Origin: Anthoceros angustus
Lineage: Eukaryota; Plantae; Anthocerotophyta
Direction of reading: 5' to 3'
Length of the DNA stretch: 64,000 nucleotides
Assembly (NCBI GenBank): GCA_010909165.1
Contig: MU008219.1
Span: forward strand, 1 to 64,000
Below the pieces are notes generated by a model. The model saw only the letters and a program-made list of their open reading frames with translations, made no database searches and had not been told where the DNA came from. This document shows, in pieces, positions 39,601 through 50,828 of the stretch. Made by a program: the position numbers and the translations under genes. Positions within the stretch are counted from its first letter, which is position 1. Each line of letters begins with the position of its first letter.

Positions 39601-40660
39601 GATCCGCGTTTTTGTCCTTAACACATAGCTAACACGTAGGTCCTTAACACATAGCACATAGCATAGCTTTTTTTTTGGGCGTTTTTGTCCTTTAACACAT
39701 AGCACAATGATCCGCGTTTTTGTCCTTAACACATAGCACAATAGCACAATGATCCGCGTTTATCCGCGTAACACATAGCACAATTGTCCTTAACACATAG
39801 CACAATTGTCCTTAACACATAGCACAATTGCCCTTAACACATAGCACAATTGCCCTTAACACATAGCACAATTGCCCTTAACACATAGCACAATTGTCCT
39901 TAACACATAGCAATTATCCTTAATTATCCTTAATTAATACACATAGCAATTATCCTTAATTAATACACATAGCAATTATCCTTAATTAATACACATAGCA
40001 ATTATCCTTTTTGTCCTTAACACATAGCACAATAGCACAATTAATTAATTATCCTTAATTAATACACATAGCACAATTGTCCTTAACACATAGCACAATT
40101 GCCCTTAACACATAGCACAATTGCCCTTAACACATAGCACAATTGCCCTTAACACATAGCACAATTGCCCTTAACACATAGCACAATTGTCCAACACATA
40201 GCAATTATCCTTAATTAATACACATAGCAATTATCCTTTTTGTCCTTAACACATAGCACAATAGCACAATGATCCGCGTTTTTGTCCTTAACACATAGCA
40301 CAATGATCCGACAAAAACACATAGCTTTTGGCGGCTTTGTCCTTAACACATAGCACAATTGTCCTTAACACATAGCACAATTGTCCTTAACACATAGCAC
40401 AATTGTCCTTAACACATAGCACAATTGTCCTTAACACATAGCACAATTGTCCTTAACACATAGCACAATTGTCCTTAACACATAGCACAATTGTCCTTAA
40501 CACATAGCACAATTGCTTAACACATAGCACAATTGTAACACATAGCACAATTGCCCTTAACACATAGCACAATTGTCCTTATCACATAGCAATTATCCTT
40601 AACGCATAGCACAATTGTCCTTAACACTTAGCACAATTGTCCCTAACACATAGCACAATG
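36625..40660. repeat. Complex ~4 kb satellite with graded unit change
   Basis: Left part: TAAGTTATCCTTCACATGGGCGTCCTCAA modules. Right part: ~22 bp CCTTAACACATAGCACAATTGT units. Shared core CCT(C/T)AACACATAGC. Confidence 0.97.
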
Positions 40661-40679
40661 ACCCGGGTGGCTAATAGCC

Positions 40680-41100
40680 TGTAGGATCTTGATGCATAAC
40701 TTCTAGCAAGATTGGTAAACAAGAGCTGGGCCTTTATTAAGAGGGAACACAACACTCCCCTACAATATGGGTTATATGCACTAAGCACACTTTGTACTAA
40801 CACACAAGTACACTTGCACACACCACACACCACTCCTAGGTGGGCTTGGCCTTATTTAGTCCTCATCCTTTGAATCCTATTGTTTTGTTGACTTGCCCTT
40901 AACTTGAATCCTATTAATCACTTGACTTGCCCTTTACTCTTGGGCTTTCTAGAAGATATTCTCTAGAAGATACATGACTTTTTAGAAAATATAAAAGTTT
41001 GTTATTTTTAGGGCATTCTTCATAACCTATTTTTAAGCACTATTCATAACATATTTTGATATAAAATATTTTAATATATTATACTAAATCATTTCTAACA
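40680..41100 (-). mobile_element. Solo LTR-like element (~420 bp), unrelated to the large LTRs
   Basis: TG...CA termini (minus strand TGTTAGAAAT...GATCCTACA), internal CTAAATAAGG TATA-like box and AATAAA. No PBS or PPT adjacent. No TSD found. Confidence 0.65.
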
Positions 41101-41508
41101 CAGGGTTTGGATGATCGGGAAGCTTGTGAGGCTCCTAGCCTGGAGCTGGTGGCATGTCCCCAACCAGACCAGAACCAGAAGCTGTCGTTCCGGATGTATC
41201 CCACCGACGTCCCCGCTCCCAACTATTTACTCGTTTGAGATTAAAAAAAAGAGGGTGAGCGAGAGGTTCCAGCAGCCTGAGGAGCGTCTCCATGCAGCAG
41301 GACCGGTGCTGGACATACGGACAGCCAGCCGTCCGCCCAATGCCTTCAACGGGCATCTCTTCTAATCGAATTCAGGGCTCGGCAAGAAATTCCGCCAGTG
41401 GCCTCAGTCCGGACCACTCCCCGGTCCAAGCAATCTGGGCACTCGCGGAAGCAAAAAGTGAATGGGGTCAAGGGTTTACCGTCTGATGATCAGGCATCTC
41501 CGATAACC

Positions 41509-43929
41509 ATGAGTAGCTCTGAGCGGGCCCCGAGATCTGTCACTAAGCCGGCGCCCTCTCTGGTTCCCGACAGTATCGACGATGTTCTGGCAGACAGGCT
41601 CTGGGAGAAGGGCATCTTTTTCGCAAACATTTCAAGGAGGTTCGATAAAGCAGCGATGAGGGAGTTGATTCATAGGCACAATCTAGCTGCGGAAGAGTTC
41701 AAGCAATTGGTAGAGGAGTCAACTCCCGAGACCGAGTTCAGCTACCCTGTGCTGGATCCTTTGACGCCGTCGTCTCCTGTCTCCAAGTTGAGGCGAGTAG
41801 ACTCTATGTTCCGGTCTATTCCTCCAGATCAGCCCAGCAACCATCGATCCAAGAGGAATGATGAATTTCGGCCCCTAGTACTCTTTGGAGCACATGTACG
41901 TGGCAGATTCTGCGCGAAGCCGTTCATGACAGGAGGAGTTCGCACGGTATTCGAAGACCTTATGGGGAATACTGTCTTAGTGGTGATTGATAATGCTATG
42001 TGCACGACAGCGAGCGAGGAGGATGTTTGCAATAAGTACCCAGAAGCTATGGAGGTGGCAATTAAGCAACCCGACCACAAACCTCTATGGAAGGATGGGA
42101 CGCTTGGATGGAGGCTTTCCAACCCTGCAGACGTCGTGCCTATTCACGATTACATCTTACTTAGGAAAGGTAGGAATTATATCCCACACTGCAGTGATGG
42201 GCTTTATGGTATCCCACTGCAAGATGAAAGTTTCTATCAAACCATGGTTGATACCGCGGAGGAACTTCATGTTCAAGGAGACGTTCTTTTTGCTCAGGGT
42301 GAGTGGAGCCGGGCAGCTGCTTGCTACACCGTGAGTGCCCAAGTCCTGGAGAGGATCCCGGCGGATCAAGCACGTTCACTCGGAATCAAGCATAAGCTTA
42401 TCCTCGTCTATGACAAAGATATTGAGGCATGTTTGCGCTTCGGAAGCAACAAGAGGGCTCTGAGGAGTGCCGATAGGTTGATGGAGCTGAGCCCTAGCGA
42501 TACCGAAACCATTGTGAAGAGAGCTAGAAGTTTGTACGCAGTGCACGAATACGAAAGAGCCAAAAAATGTCTTGATGAGCTGCAGGTCTGTGGAAAGGGC
42601 AATGAGGCCATCTTGAATACCTGTCAGGCTATGAGAGACAGGATAGACACGGCTTATGGACAGAGTCGTTTGGGAGTTTACGACTTCGACGAAAACTTCA
42701 TGAAGGACTCATATGAAGCCAAGGAAATGCCAGAGTGCCATCAGTATATTGGACCGGTGGAGATCCGCAAGACACGTAATGGACGGGGGCTTTTTGCAAC
42801 CAGAGATGTGAAGCCAGGAGAGCTATTGGTTGTGAGCAAGGCTCTTGCACAGTCGAAAGGGGCACCCAGGGGTGGCCGTGGGCCTGCCCTCCTCTACTAT
42901 GGCCCTTCGCGTGGGGAAAGCAAGGAGCAGCGGGGCACTTGGAATTGGTCTTCAGAAGACCAGGATGTCGCAGTACAAATGATAGAAAAAGCACAGCAAT
43001 CCACACAGTATTTCAGGCAGCTCAAGAGCCTTCAGCCCTGCCCTAAGCACGAATCATCTATGCCTCCAATGTCCTTGTTCACTGAGGACTGGGATGAAGC
43101 CGAGGACGATAATTTGTGTTTAATGACAGATCCGGAATGGAGAGAAGCACACTTGAACCGCATACACATTGGTGATATCCGTGCTATTCAAAAAGTGAAC
43201 GGGTTTAGGAACGCAGTATACGGATTGGCTTCCTTCTTCAACCACTCGTGCATTCCCAATTGCGTGCACTACCCAGTGGGCGAGCACCTTTTCGTCTCCT
43301 CGAGTCGTGGGGTGCGAGCTGGAGAAGAGCTTTTCATCCATTATTTCAGTCCATTTACCAGCAACATCTTCCGCCAAGAGCAAGCCTCGACGCTGTTCTT
43401 CTGCAATTGTCCGCGGTGTGATTTTGAAGGGCAGGCATTGGAAGCCATCCCAGCTTTGAAAACTCTGGCCGAGAGGTATCATGAACACTTTGAAACCGGC
43501 AAAACGCTGAAGAAAATGGCTACCCTATTATCTGAGGCACCTACAATTCTTGCCGAACTCGACAGGATCCTGAGCAGCGATGATTGTAAGCAATTTACTC
43601 AGCAGGAGCAAGACTGGATCAGGTGCTCTTTTGCCCTGATTTATGTGTACCCGTGCATCCATGATATCAACGAGGAAGACCTGTCCACAGTGGATGAGAC
43701 GCTGAGAATTCTAACTGCAGTTGATCCCTGTAATCCAAGCATATTAGCCCTGTTGGCCTTGGGCCACATTGCAGAGGTGCGGGGCTACGGTGATAACGCC
43801 GATCACTTTAAGAAACTCCTCCAGGAGAAGTCCGCGAACCTCTACTTACCAGTCAAGGACAAACGTTTTGAGGCAGTGTGTAATTGGGCCCACTTGTGTG
43901 CAATGTCAGCCTTGGCCGATTTTTTCTAA
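41509..43929 (+). CDS. Intronless TPR + SET-domain (SMYD/ATXR1-SDG35-like) lysine methyltransferase with an extra N-terminal domain, 806 aa from the first ATG
   Basis: Single uninterrupted ORF. TPR helices (GDVLFAQGEWSRAAACYT; TIVKRARSLYAVHEYERAKKCL). YIGPVEIRKTRNGRGLFATRDVKPGELL, FFNHSCIPN, AGEELFIHY, post-SET FFCNCPRC. Confidence 0.93.
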   Translation: MSSSERAPRSVTKPAPSLVPDSIDDVLADRLWEKGIFFANISRRFDKAAMRELIHRHNLAAEEFKQLVEESTPETEFSYPVLDPLTPSSPVSKLRRVDSMFRSIPPDQPSNHRSKRNDEFRPLVLFGAHVRGRFCAKPFMTGGVRTVFEDLMGNTVLVVIDNAMCTTASEEDVCNKYPEAMEVAIKQPDHKPLWKDGTLGWRLSNPADVVPIHDYILLRKGRNYIPHCSDGLYGIPLQDESFYQTMVDTAEELHVQGDVLFAQGEWSRAAACYTVSAQVLERIPADQARSLGIKHKLILVYDKDIEACLRFGSNKRALRSADRLMELSPSDTETIVKRARSLYAVHEYERAKKCLDELQVCGKGNEAILNTCQAMRDRIDTAYGQSRLGVYDFDENFMKDSYEAKEMPECHQYIGPVEIRKTRNGRGLFATRDVKPGELLVVSKALAQSKGAPRGGRGPALLYYGPSRGESKEQRGTWNWSSEDQDVAVQMIEKAQQSTQYFRQLKSLQPCPKHESSMPPMSLFTEDWDEAEDDNLCLMTDPEWREAHLNRIHIGDIRAIQKVNGFRNAVYGLASFFNHSCIPNCVHYPVGEHLFVSSSRGVRAGEELFIHYFSPFTSNIFRQEQASTLFFCNCPRCDFEGQALEAIPALKTLAERYHEHFETGKTLKKMATLLSEAPTILAELDRILSSDDCKQFTQQEQDWIRCSFALIYVYPCIHDINEEDLSTVDETLRILTAVDPCNPSILALLALGHIAEVRGYGDNADHFKKLLQEKSANLYLPVKDKRFEAVCNWAHLCAMSALADFF

Positions 43930-44224
43930 ATTAAAATTTGTAGAAACTTGATTTCATGGAGGTGACCTTTGACAGAATTGTTATTTTGGATTTATGTTAT
44001 GAACATGTATGTGATATATTATTTAGGAATTTATGTTATAGTTATATGAGATTGCTTTATGTTGTAGTACCTCTCACCTAGATTCCATAGTTACAAAGTG
44101 AAATGTGGAGACTTTATTGAAAGAACGACATGGGAAATCGGACAACCCACTACGGGACACCGGGCCAGGGGTATGCCCCACACTAATCTATCTTATAACC
44201 CCCAACCGTCCCCAAGATATCGCC

Positions 44225-44540
44225 GTCCGAGATGGGGAAGGGCCTACTTACCATTGATGCCGCGGATGCCGTGTCTCCAGCACTCGTGATCGTCCTAAAG
44301 ATGGTGTTGGCCAACGCCCTTTGCAGGGTGATGGAAACCTGTTACTTGAAATAAGCCACGAGGGAGGCCAACCCCGCCGATAGGGAAGGGCCTACTTACC
44401 ACAAGTGCTGCCGATGCCACGTCTCCAGCACTCGTGATCGTCCTAAAGATGCGTTCTAAAGATGGTGCTGGCCAATGCCCTTTGTAGGGTGATGGAAACC
44501 TGTTACATAAAATAAGCCTCCAGGGAGATCAACCTCACCC
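44225..44540. repeat. Two-copy ~150 bp tandem duplication
   Basis: GGGAAGGGCCTACTTACCA...CTCCAGCACTCGTGATCGTCCTAAAGATG...GGTGATGGAAACCTGTTAC at ~44235 and ~44383. Confidence 0.9.
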
Positions 44541-44855
44541 CTGTCGTTGTGGTAGGCCCTTGCGCACTCCTTGATGAAACGAGAAAAAACTTTACCCAAG
44601 GCCCATAGGTTTGGAGATGAAAATGTGACCTTGCTACATGGGCCTATAAATGTGACCTTGTAAATTTTTTTAGTTTTATAGGTGAGCAGTTCTCTCTATA
44701 AAACGGCCGGGATAGAAGGCTGGCAGAAGTAGACATATTTGTAGAAACCCCATTCATCATTTCATCGAGGTGACCTCGATTGATATTACCTACTCAGGAG
44801 CTATTCTTGCTTGGAGAAAACAGCTAAATGAACTTTTCCACGAGAGATGCAGACA

Positions 44856-46000
44856 CTAAACCACCCTGGGGTAAAACATTCCTCTCAAGCAGAAAACGGG
44901 TCCAAGCATCCGTCTTGCTGTAGTAAAAGGCAGAAGGAAGCGATTGCAAGTTCCGATTTGCAGTTCGTATTGGCGGCCACCAGCCTCATTTGGCAGTGAG
45001 CTTACTGCCCTGACACCTGAAGTTATGAAAGACAGAATTTCATTCACCAAGTTGAACATGTAAATTTTGTACATACTGTCGAGAAGTGTGCCCTCTCAGG
45101 ACATGAGAACGTTCTGGACATGGAAAGTCGAGTCCCGTTCCAGGCTATCCAGTCTGCTCAAGTTCTGGAAGTCCGGTTGAAGGAAAGCTAAGCTGAGCTT
45201 GTGGACCTTGTACTTGGCGAAACAGTGGATTGCTAGCCAAGAACATTCTCACCTCTCCATTCCGGTGCACAATCCCTCACGGGAAGCGTCCTCCAGAATG
45301 TGGACCCTGAAGTAGCGGCCACCTCCTCCCCCCATTGCTGTTCCCTCCGCCCTACCAGAGTCGAAGCGTACCCATGTCCGTCAAAGACGCTGCTTCAGAA
45401 CGATAAAAGCTAATCACTTCGACTGACAGCAGCATAAGCTGCCCTATTGACGTAGGAGTTCTTGTTGCATAGCCGGGAGAAGTGGCATTCTAGGGTTAGG
45501 ATGATGGCCAGCAGCTCCGGGTCTCTGCTGGCTCCTGGTCTCTTGGCAATCCGCAGGTCGAGGAATTGAGGGAGGGCAACCAGGGGGAAATGCGGTGTGT
45601 TTGGTAACGCTGTGACGCTCTTAGCACCTGCTTCCTTGCTGCTTTGATCACAAGCTTCTCGGCAGTGTGCCAGGTGAACAAATGCTCATCTTGATGCACA
45701 GTGATGTCCAGGATGGTCTGCAAAGTCCTTGTGTAAGTAGCAACGGGAATGCGAGGACAGTCGTTTCCCAAGAAATATGGTGCTTGTGCAGATTACCATA
45801 TATTGTACACCTGTTTGCGGTACTCCAAATAAAGCAACTTGTCCAGGTCAATGAAGTGAGGGAGCTTACTTCCTCATCTGGCACGCTCTCCGGCTTTCCT
45901 TTTCTTGATTCCACCGTCCATTTGGATTCTCGTCTCCACAACTTCTCACTCAAGTCGTGTAAGATCTTGCCTTTGCACTGGGCTTTGTGAAAGGTGTGGG
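44856..46000 (-). pseudogene. Degraded coding-like remnant, unknown family
   Basis: Overlapping protein-like frames (RTLQTILDITVHQDEHLFTWHTAEKLVIKAARK; WLAIHCFAKYKVHKLSLAFLQPDFQNLSRL; MYKIYMFNLVNEIL) with stops and frameshifts. Confidence 0.35.
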
Positions 46001-46641
46001 GCCTTGGAAAAGAAACCTATCCATCTTGGAGAAACAGCGAGTGCAAGAGCAAGATGTTACAATGAGCCAACCAAGCAAGCAGGAAGGAGTTTTGCAAGGT
46101 GGGCCAGCTAGGTAGATTATATGTTTGATTCCGATTGGAAAGTGAGTACGGAGACTCCAGTACTGGATGGTGGGATTATGAAAACGAGAGGCTGTGGAAC
46201 GAGACAGCTAAGGACGCTCTTCAGTGGCCTGACGATGATCCCTGAAGGTGTGTATGTTGCATTAAGTCTTGGGACCACTCATGGAGTTTGTTATGCTTGG
46301 TGTTGTTGTTAGGGCTGGCTGTCCATGCAGTGGCCGACAAATTAACAGTGGTCGTTTGAAGCGGTTGCTGCCACCAATGAAAGGGAGCCCGCCGCTGCTG
46401 AAAGTTTCAAGGTCAGCATTGGCGAATCTCCCAAAATCGTAATAGGCCGAGTTGTGACGGATCTAACCACCTTTTTTCCAGCAACCATGAACATGTGTGC
46501 CCAGCACAACTTCTGCGTCGGTTGGTGTGGCCAGTCTTGCATAATTGTGCTGTTTAGTTCTGGCTGTACCACATTTTAACACTCCCTTCAGCCATGGGCC
46601 TTACTCTGGCTGGGTTCTCCTTTCCAAGTGCATTGCTCTCT

Positions 46642-47362
46642 CCTTTTTTTCCTTTGTGGGAGAGGTTCTACATGCACTAACCATCACCATTTGGCCGAGT
46701 TTAGGGAAGAGATTTTGGTCAAAGATGTAGCAAGGCTGTATAATCAGGAGCAGTTATTCTTGTGAAAACTCTTGTCTCTCTCCTGTTGTCTTGAATCTCT
46801 TTTGTTGGAGTGGTAGTAGCTACTACTACCTACTAGCTACTGCACGTTATACTTATAGGACTACTTGTCCTTGGCCTTTGGCGAATGCCTGCGAGCAAGC
46901 TAGAATATCTCGATAAAAATTAGAATAACACGTAATAATATTACACGCACCATGACCCAAGGACAACAAATGTTCATTGATGGTTTAGCGAATGGCAGTG
47001 CCATCCCACCCCACCCCTTCCTTTTTCCTTTGTGGGAGAGGTTCTACATGCACTAACCATCACCATTTGGCGAGTTTAGGGAAGAGATTTTGGTCAAAGA
47101 TGTAGCAAGGCTGTATAATCAGGAGCAGTTATTCTTGTGAAAACTCTTGTCTCTCTCCTGTTGTCTTGAATCTCTTTTGTTGGAGTGGTAGTAGCTACTA
47201 CTACCTACTAGCTACTGCACGTTATACTTATAGGACTACTTGTCCTTGGCCTTTGGCCAATGCTGACAAGCTAGAATGTCTCGATAAAAATATAATAATA
47301 TTACACGCACCATGACCCAAGGACAACAAATGCTCATTGATGGTTTAGCGAATGGCAGTGCC
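46642..47362. repeat. Tandem ~375 bp duplication (46642-47002 / 47020-47362)
   Basis: CCTTTGTGGGAGAGGTTCTACATGC...GGTTTAGCGAATGGCAGTGCC present twice, near-identical. Confidence 0.92.
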
Positions 47363-47547
47363 TTCCTTTTTCCCTCACCCCCGGTGCATGCAAGTGAGAA
47401 CATCACTTTCATTTCCATCAAAATTTCTTTCATTTGTTTACAACTGTGTTTCAATTGTCCAACTAATCAAATTGATCGAATCCAAGCCATACTCCCTATA
47501 GTCACAATTGATATGATTCGGTCATGGAAGTAGTCCACTGCTATGAC
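47180..47547. repeat. Direct repeat A (left copy) flanking the TBP-like pair
   Basis: TTGGAGTGGTAGTAGC...AGTCCACTGCTATGAC, matching 49176-49536. Confidence 0.9.
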
Positions 47548-47574
47548 CGCTAATTGCTCATCATCTCAAAGTGG

Positions 47575-48302
47575 TTACCGCTCTTTCGCTTTGGTGTGCC
47601 GATGGGATGGGATACTGTTCAAAACTTCAGACGACGGTGCAATAGTCCTTCCTCCGAGATGTGGAGGTGTCCCGAATGGAACATAGTGACGCTGTTGTCG
47701 CCGAACTTCGCTATCAACCCACCGAACCCTCTCAATGCCGGCAAGGCCGAGGCGCAATCGTTTCGACTGAGCCGGCTCATATCTTCGGCTAGGGTTGCGT
47801 GAAGCTCTACCAAGTCGATTATGATCTATCTTTATCTTTAAGCACTTCCGTCCGACAATGTTGGAAACCGTGAAGTCGTTAGGATCAAAATGTGCATTGT
47901 ACCCCAACCTGTTGACCATCGCGACCAGCTTCTTGCAAACACCATTCTGTTGCTGACGCGATGCTGGTCCTAGCACGTTCACACGTCCTGACCTGAACAC
48001 GCGCAATGTCAGGTAAGGCCCCGAGGACCCGCTGAGTCGGACCCTCACCGTTGCCATAGCTCCGCCGTTTTGCTCAGGACGGTACTCCACGTTGGGGAGG
48101 TGGAGGCCCAAATGATGCAAGTCCAATTGCACGTGAAGGTTGGTGGTTGCCATCACGTTGACTAGCTTGGGTATCACCCCCGATGGATGCTCTCTCGGCG
48201 CGCCCTCGCCAATGTTGACCAATACTAATCCGTAGGTGTGTCTTTGTACCCTATGGTGCGGCCCATCTTAGCTCAAGCGGCCATGTCGCGCGGCTCGTGC
48301 AT
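47575..48302 (-). pseudogene. Divergent intronless TATA-binding-protein-like gene, copy 1 (gene or pseudogene; two to three apparent frameshifts)
   Basis: HPSGVIPKLVNVMATTNLHVQLDLHHLGLHLPNVEYRPE...LRVFRSGRVNVLG...KKLVAMVNRLGYNAHF..DFTVSNIVG...IDLVELH...GFGGLIAKF..VTMFHSGHLHI. This aligns by eye with both repeats of plant TBP (HPSGIVPTLQNIVSTVNL..LDL..NAEYNP..LIFASGK..KLGF..FKIQNIVG..FPGLIY..LIFVSGK). Confidence 0.88.
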
Positions 48303-48364
48303 CTCCACATCGGCCCCGACATCGTTGCTATGGATCCGGACGGAAATGATTTCAAGTCGCGACT

Positions 48365-49049
48365 TTCGTTGGTGGTGTGCGGTGGGATGGGATCTGTTGT
48401 TCAAAAACTTAAATGACGGTGCAATAGTCCTTCCTCGAGGAGATGTGGAGGTGTCACGAATGGAACATAGTGGCCAAGTTCTTGTCTTGAACTTCGCTAT
48501 CAACCCGAACCCTCTCAATGCCGGTGCGTCGGCGCAATCGTTTCGACTGAGCCGGCTCATATCTTGACTAGGGTTGCGTGAAGCTCTACCAAGTCGATTG
48601 CGTATCTATCTTTATCTTTAAGCACTTCGCGTCCGGCACAATGTTGGAAACCGTGAAGTCGTTAGGATCAAAATGTGCATTGTACCCCAACTTTGACCAT
48701 CGCGACCGACTTCTTGCAAACACCATTACATTGCGGCGCGATGCTGGTCCTATGCGTTCACGTCGGCGAACACGCGCAATGTCGGTAAGGCCAGGGACCG
48801 GTCGGACCCTCACCGTTGCCATAGCTCCGCCGTTTTGCTCGGGGCGGTACTCCACGTTGGGGAGGTGGAGGCCCAAATGATGCAAGTCAATTGCACGTGA
48901 AGGTTGGTGGTTGCCATCACGTTGACTAGCTTGGGTATCACCCCGATGGATGCTCTCTTGATGCGTCCTCGTCAATGTTGACCAATACTAATCCCGTAGG
49001 TGTGTCTTTGCGGCCCATCTCGCTCCGGCGGCCGTCGCGGCTCGTGCAT
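48365..49049 (-). pseudogene. Divergent intronless TBP-like gene, copy 2
   Basis: Tandem copy (period ~750-790 bp) with the same DLHHLGLHLPNVEYRPEQNGG and LGYNAHFDPNDFTVSNIV motifs. More indels than copy 1. Confidence 0.85.
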
Positions 49050-49175
49050 CTCCACATCGGCCCCGACATCGTATGCTATGGATCCGGACGGAAATGATTT
49101 CAAGTGCACGACTTTCGTTGGTGGTGGCTGCGACCTCGCGCGACGGAAATGGTTTGTTTCAAGGCGCGACTTTCG

Positions 49176-49536
49176 TTGGAGTGGTAGTAGCTACTACCTA
49201 TATACTAGCTCTTGCGTTATACTTATAGGACTACTTGTCCTTGGCCTTTGGCCAATGCTGACAAGCTAGAATGTCTCGATAAAAATTAGAATAATAATAT
49301 TACCGCACCATGACCCAAGGACAACAAATGCTCATTGATGGTTTAGCGAATGGCGTGCCTTCCTTTTTCCCTCACCTCCGGTACATGCAAGTGAGAACAT
49401 CAATTTCATTTCCATCAAAATTTCATTTGTTCACAACTGTGAATTGTCCAACTAATCAAATTGATCGAATCCAAGCCATACTCTCTATAGTCACAATTGA
49501 TATGATTCGGTCATGGAAATAGTCCACTGCTATGAC
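49176..49536. repeat. Direct repeat A (right copy)
   Basis: Matches 47180-47547. Confidence 0.9.
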
Positions 49537-50209
49537 ATGTTCAGATGCAGCATGATTGGATAAGTCGCTTTGGAATACCATTCCATCTATGATTCCGAGT
49601 AGCATAGCACAGCTATAACATGCACAAGTCCGAGCCATCATCTACCGTCATCCTTGTAGTGGATCCGTTTGGATTTAGTCCGTAGTGTAATGTTCTGTGT
49701 GTGCAGCATAGCGTGCCTTGAAGAAGTTTTCTTGAAGAAGATCAAATGTCGCCAGGAGATGGCAGAGACGAGAAGGACAGCAGCAATTGTGGCTTGCAGG
49801 GTAATTGTGGTGAATTATCTAACTACATGTTGGTAAAAGGTCTGGTCGTATACGTTGGTGGACCGGTGGTCATGCTTCCCATTCGCAGGTGGTGGTCGGT
49901 TCCATTTCTTGTTGTGGAGTGCGGTAAATTAATAGCGGTACCAACCAGCTGGCTGGCTTGCTGCGTCACAACCATTTCACCCTCCAAGCTGCTGATGTCA
50001 TCCTGAGCGGGGCTGCCATGGAGTGGCAGGGCCACGCAACGTGGTTGGCTCCCCTGGTACCCAAGGAACAGTTGGCCCCTAGTGGCCGGCCGTGGGAGTA
50101 AAATAGTGTGGCAGGCGAGATCTCCAGGGAAAGGAATGTCTGAATCGGAAGGTGCTGAGGAATGCAAGGGAGGAAAGCATATAGAGAAGGGCTTGTCTCG
50201 ACCTGTCCT

Positions 50210-50540
50210 CGGTGGCCCAATGGGCGCACGGGTCTGGCAGTACGGGAGGACGGAGAGCGGTAGAATATTGTAGCGGACGTGCTCGAGCAAAGGGAAGGGC
50301 GCACACTTGATCCGTGCAGTGCACCTCATGGGGGTGGTATCTCGCGGCAGGGCCCAGCCCATGAGGAGAAGTAATATGAAAGGCAGAGCATGGCGTGGAT
50401 GCACTGTACTTGTCGGCTGCGCATCACAGATTCTCCATCGACTCTGCATCTCGGCCTGGGCAGTGGGCTTGCATCCCAGGCCCCAGGGCCACTCCCTGCC
50501 ACCCTGCTTTTTGCCTTCCCGCCTGGGCCTGGGCCTGCCT
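50210..50540 (+). promoter_or_regulatory. Cluster of site II-like (TGGGCY/GGCCCA) motifs in the presumptive promoter of the CblC-like gene
   Basis: GGCCCA ~50214 and ~50351, TGGGCT ~50464, TGGGCCTGGGCC ~50525. The region is GC-rich, so chance occurrence is possible. Confidence 0.3.
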
Positions 50541-50828
50541 GCAGCGCGCGCCTACGCTGCCCTGCAGTGCAGTGCAGTGCACACTTTCCAGTCTGATTCC
50601 AACTCCACACTCTCTCACTGTACGCTAGCAGGTCAGGAAGGAAGGGAATTGAAGTGAAAGAGGGAAACCTAGTCAGCAGCAGGCTGCAGCTCGCTCCTAG
50701 CATCCGAGCGGCAGGAGGAGGCAGCAGGAAGCGAAGTCTTCTGGACTCACTTGCACTCGACTGGATTGGAGCCGACTTTGGAGGACTTGGGAAGCAGTGA
50801 TGGGTGGTCCAGCAATCTCTAGAAAATC

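Noticed and set aside
36625-40660. CRISPR-like array (constant core with variable intervening sequence)
   Set aside because: The intervening pieces are drawn from a few recurring modules, not unique spacers. There are no cas genes and the context is eukaryotic.
41398-41508. GTG start given by the ORF track for the SET gene
   Set aside because: This is a eukaryotic gene, and the first in-frame ATG is at 41509.
47575-49049. Viral (NCLDV) origin of the TBP-like copies
   Set aside because: The HPSG N-terminal motif points to a plant TBP ancestor, and no viral hallmark genes are nearby. A phylogeny would be needed to exclude it fully.
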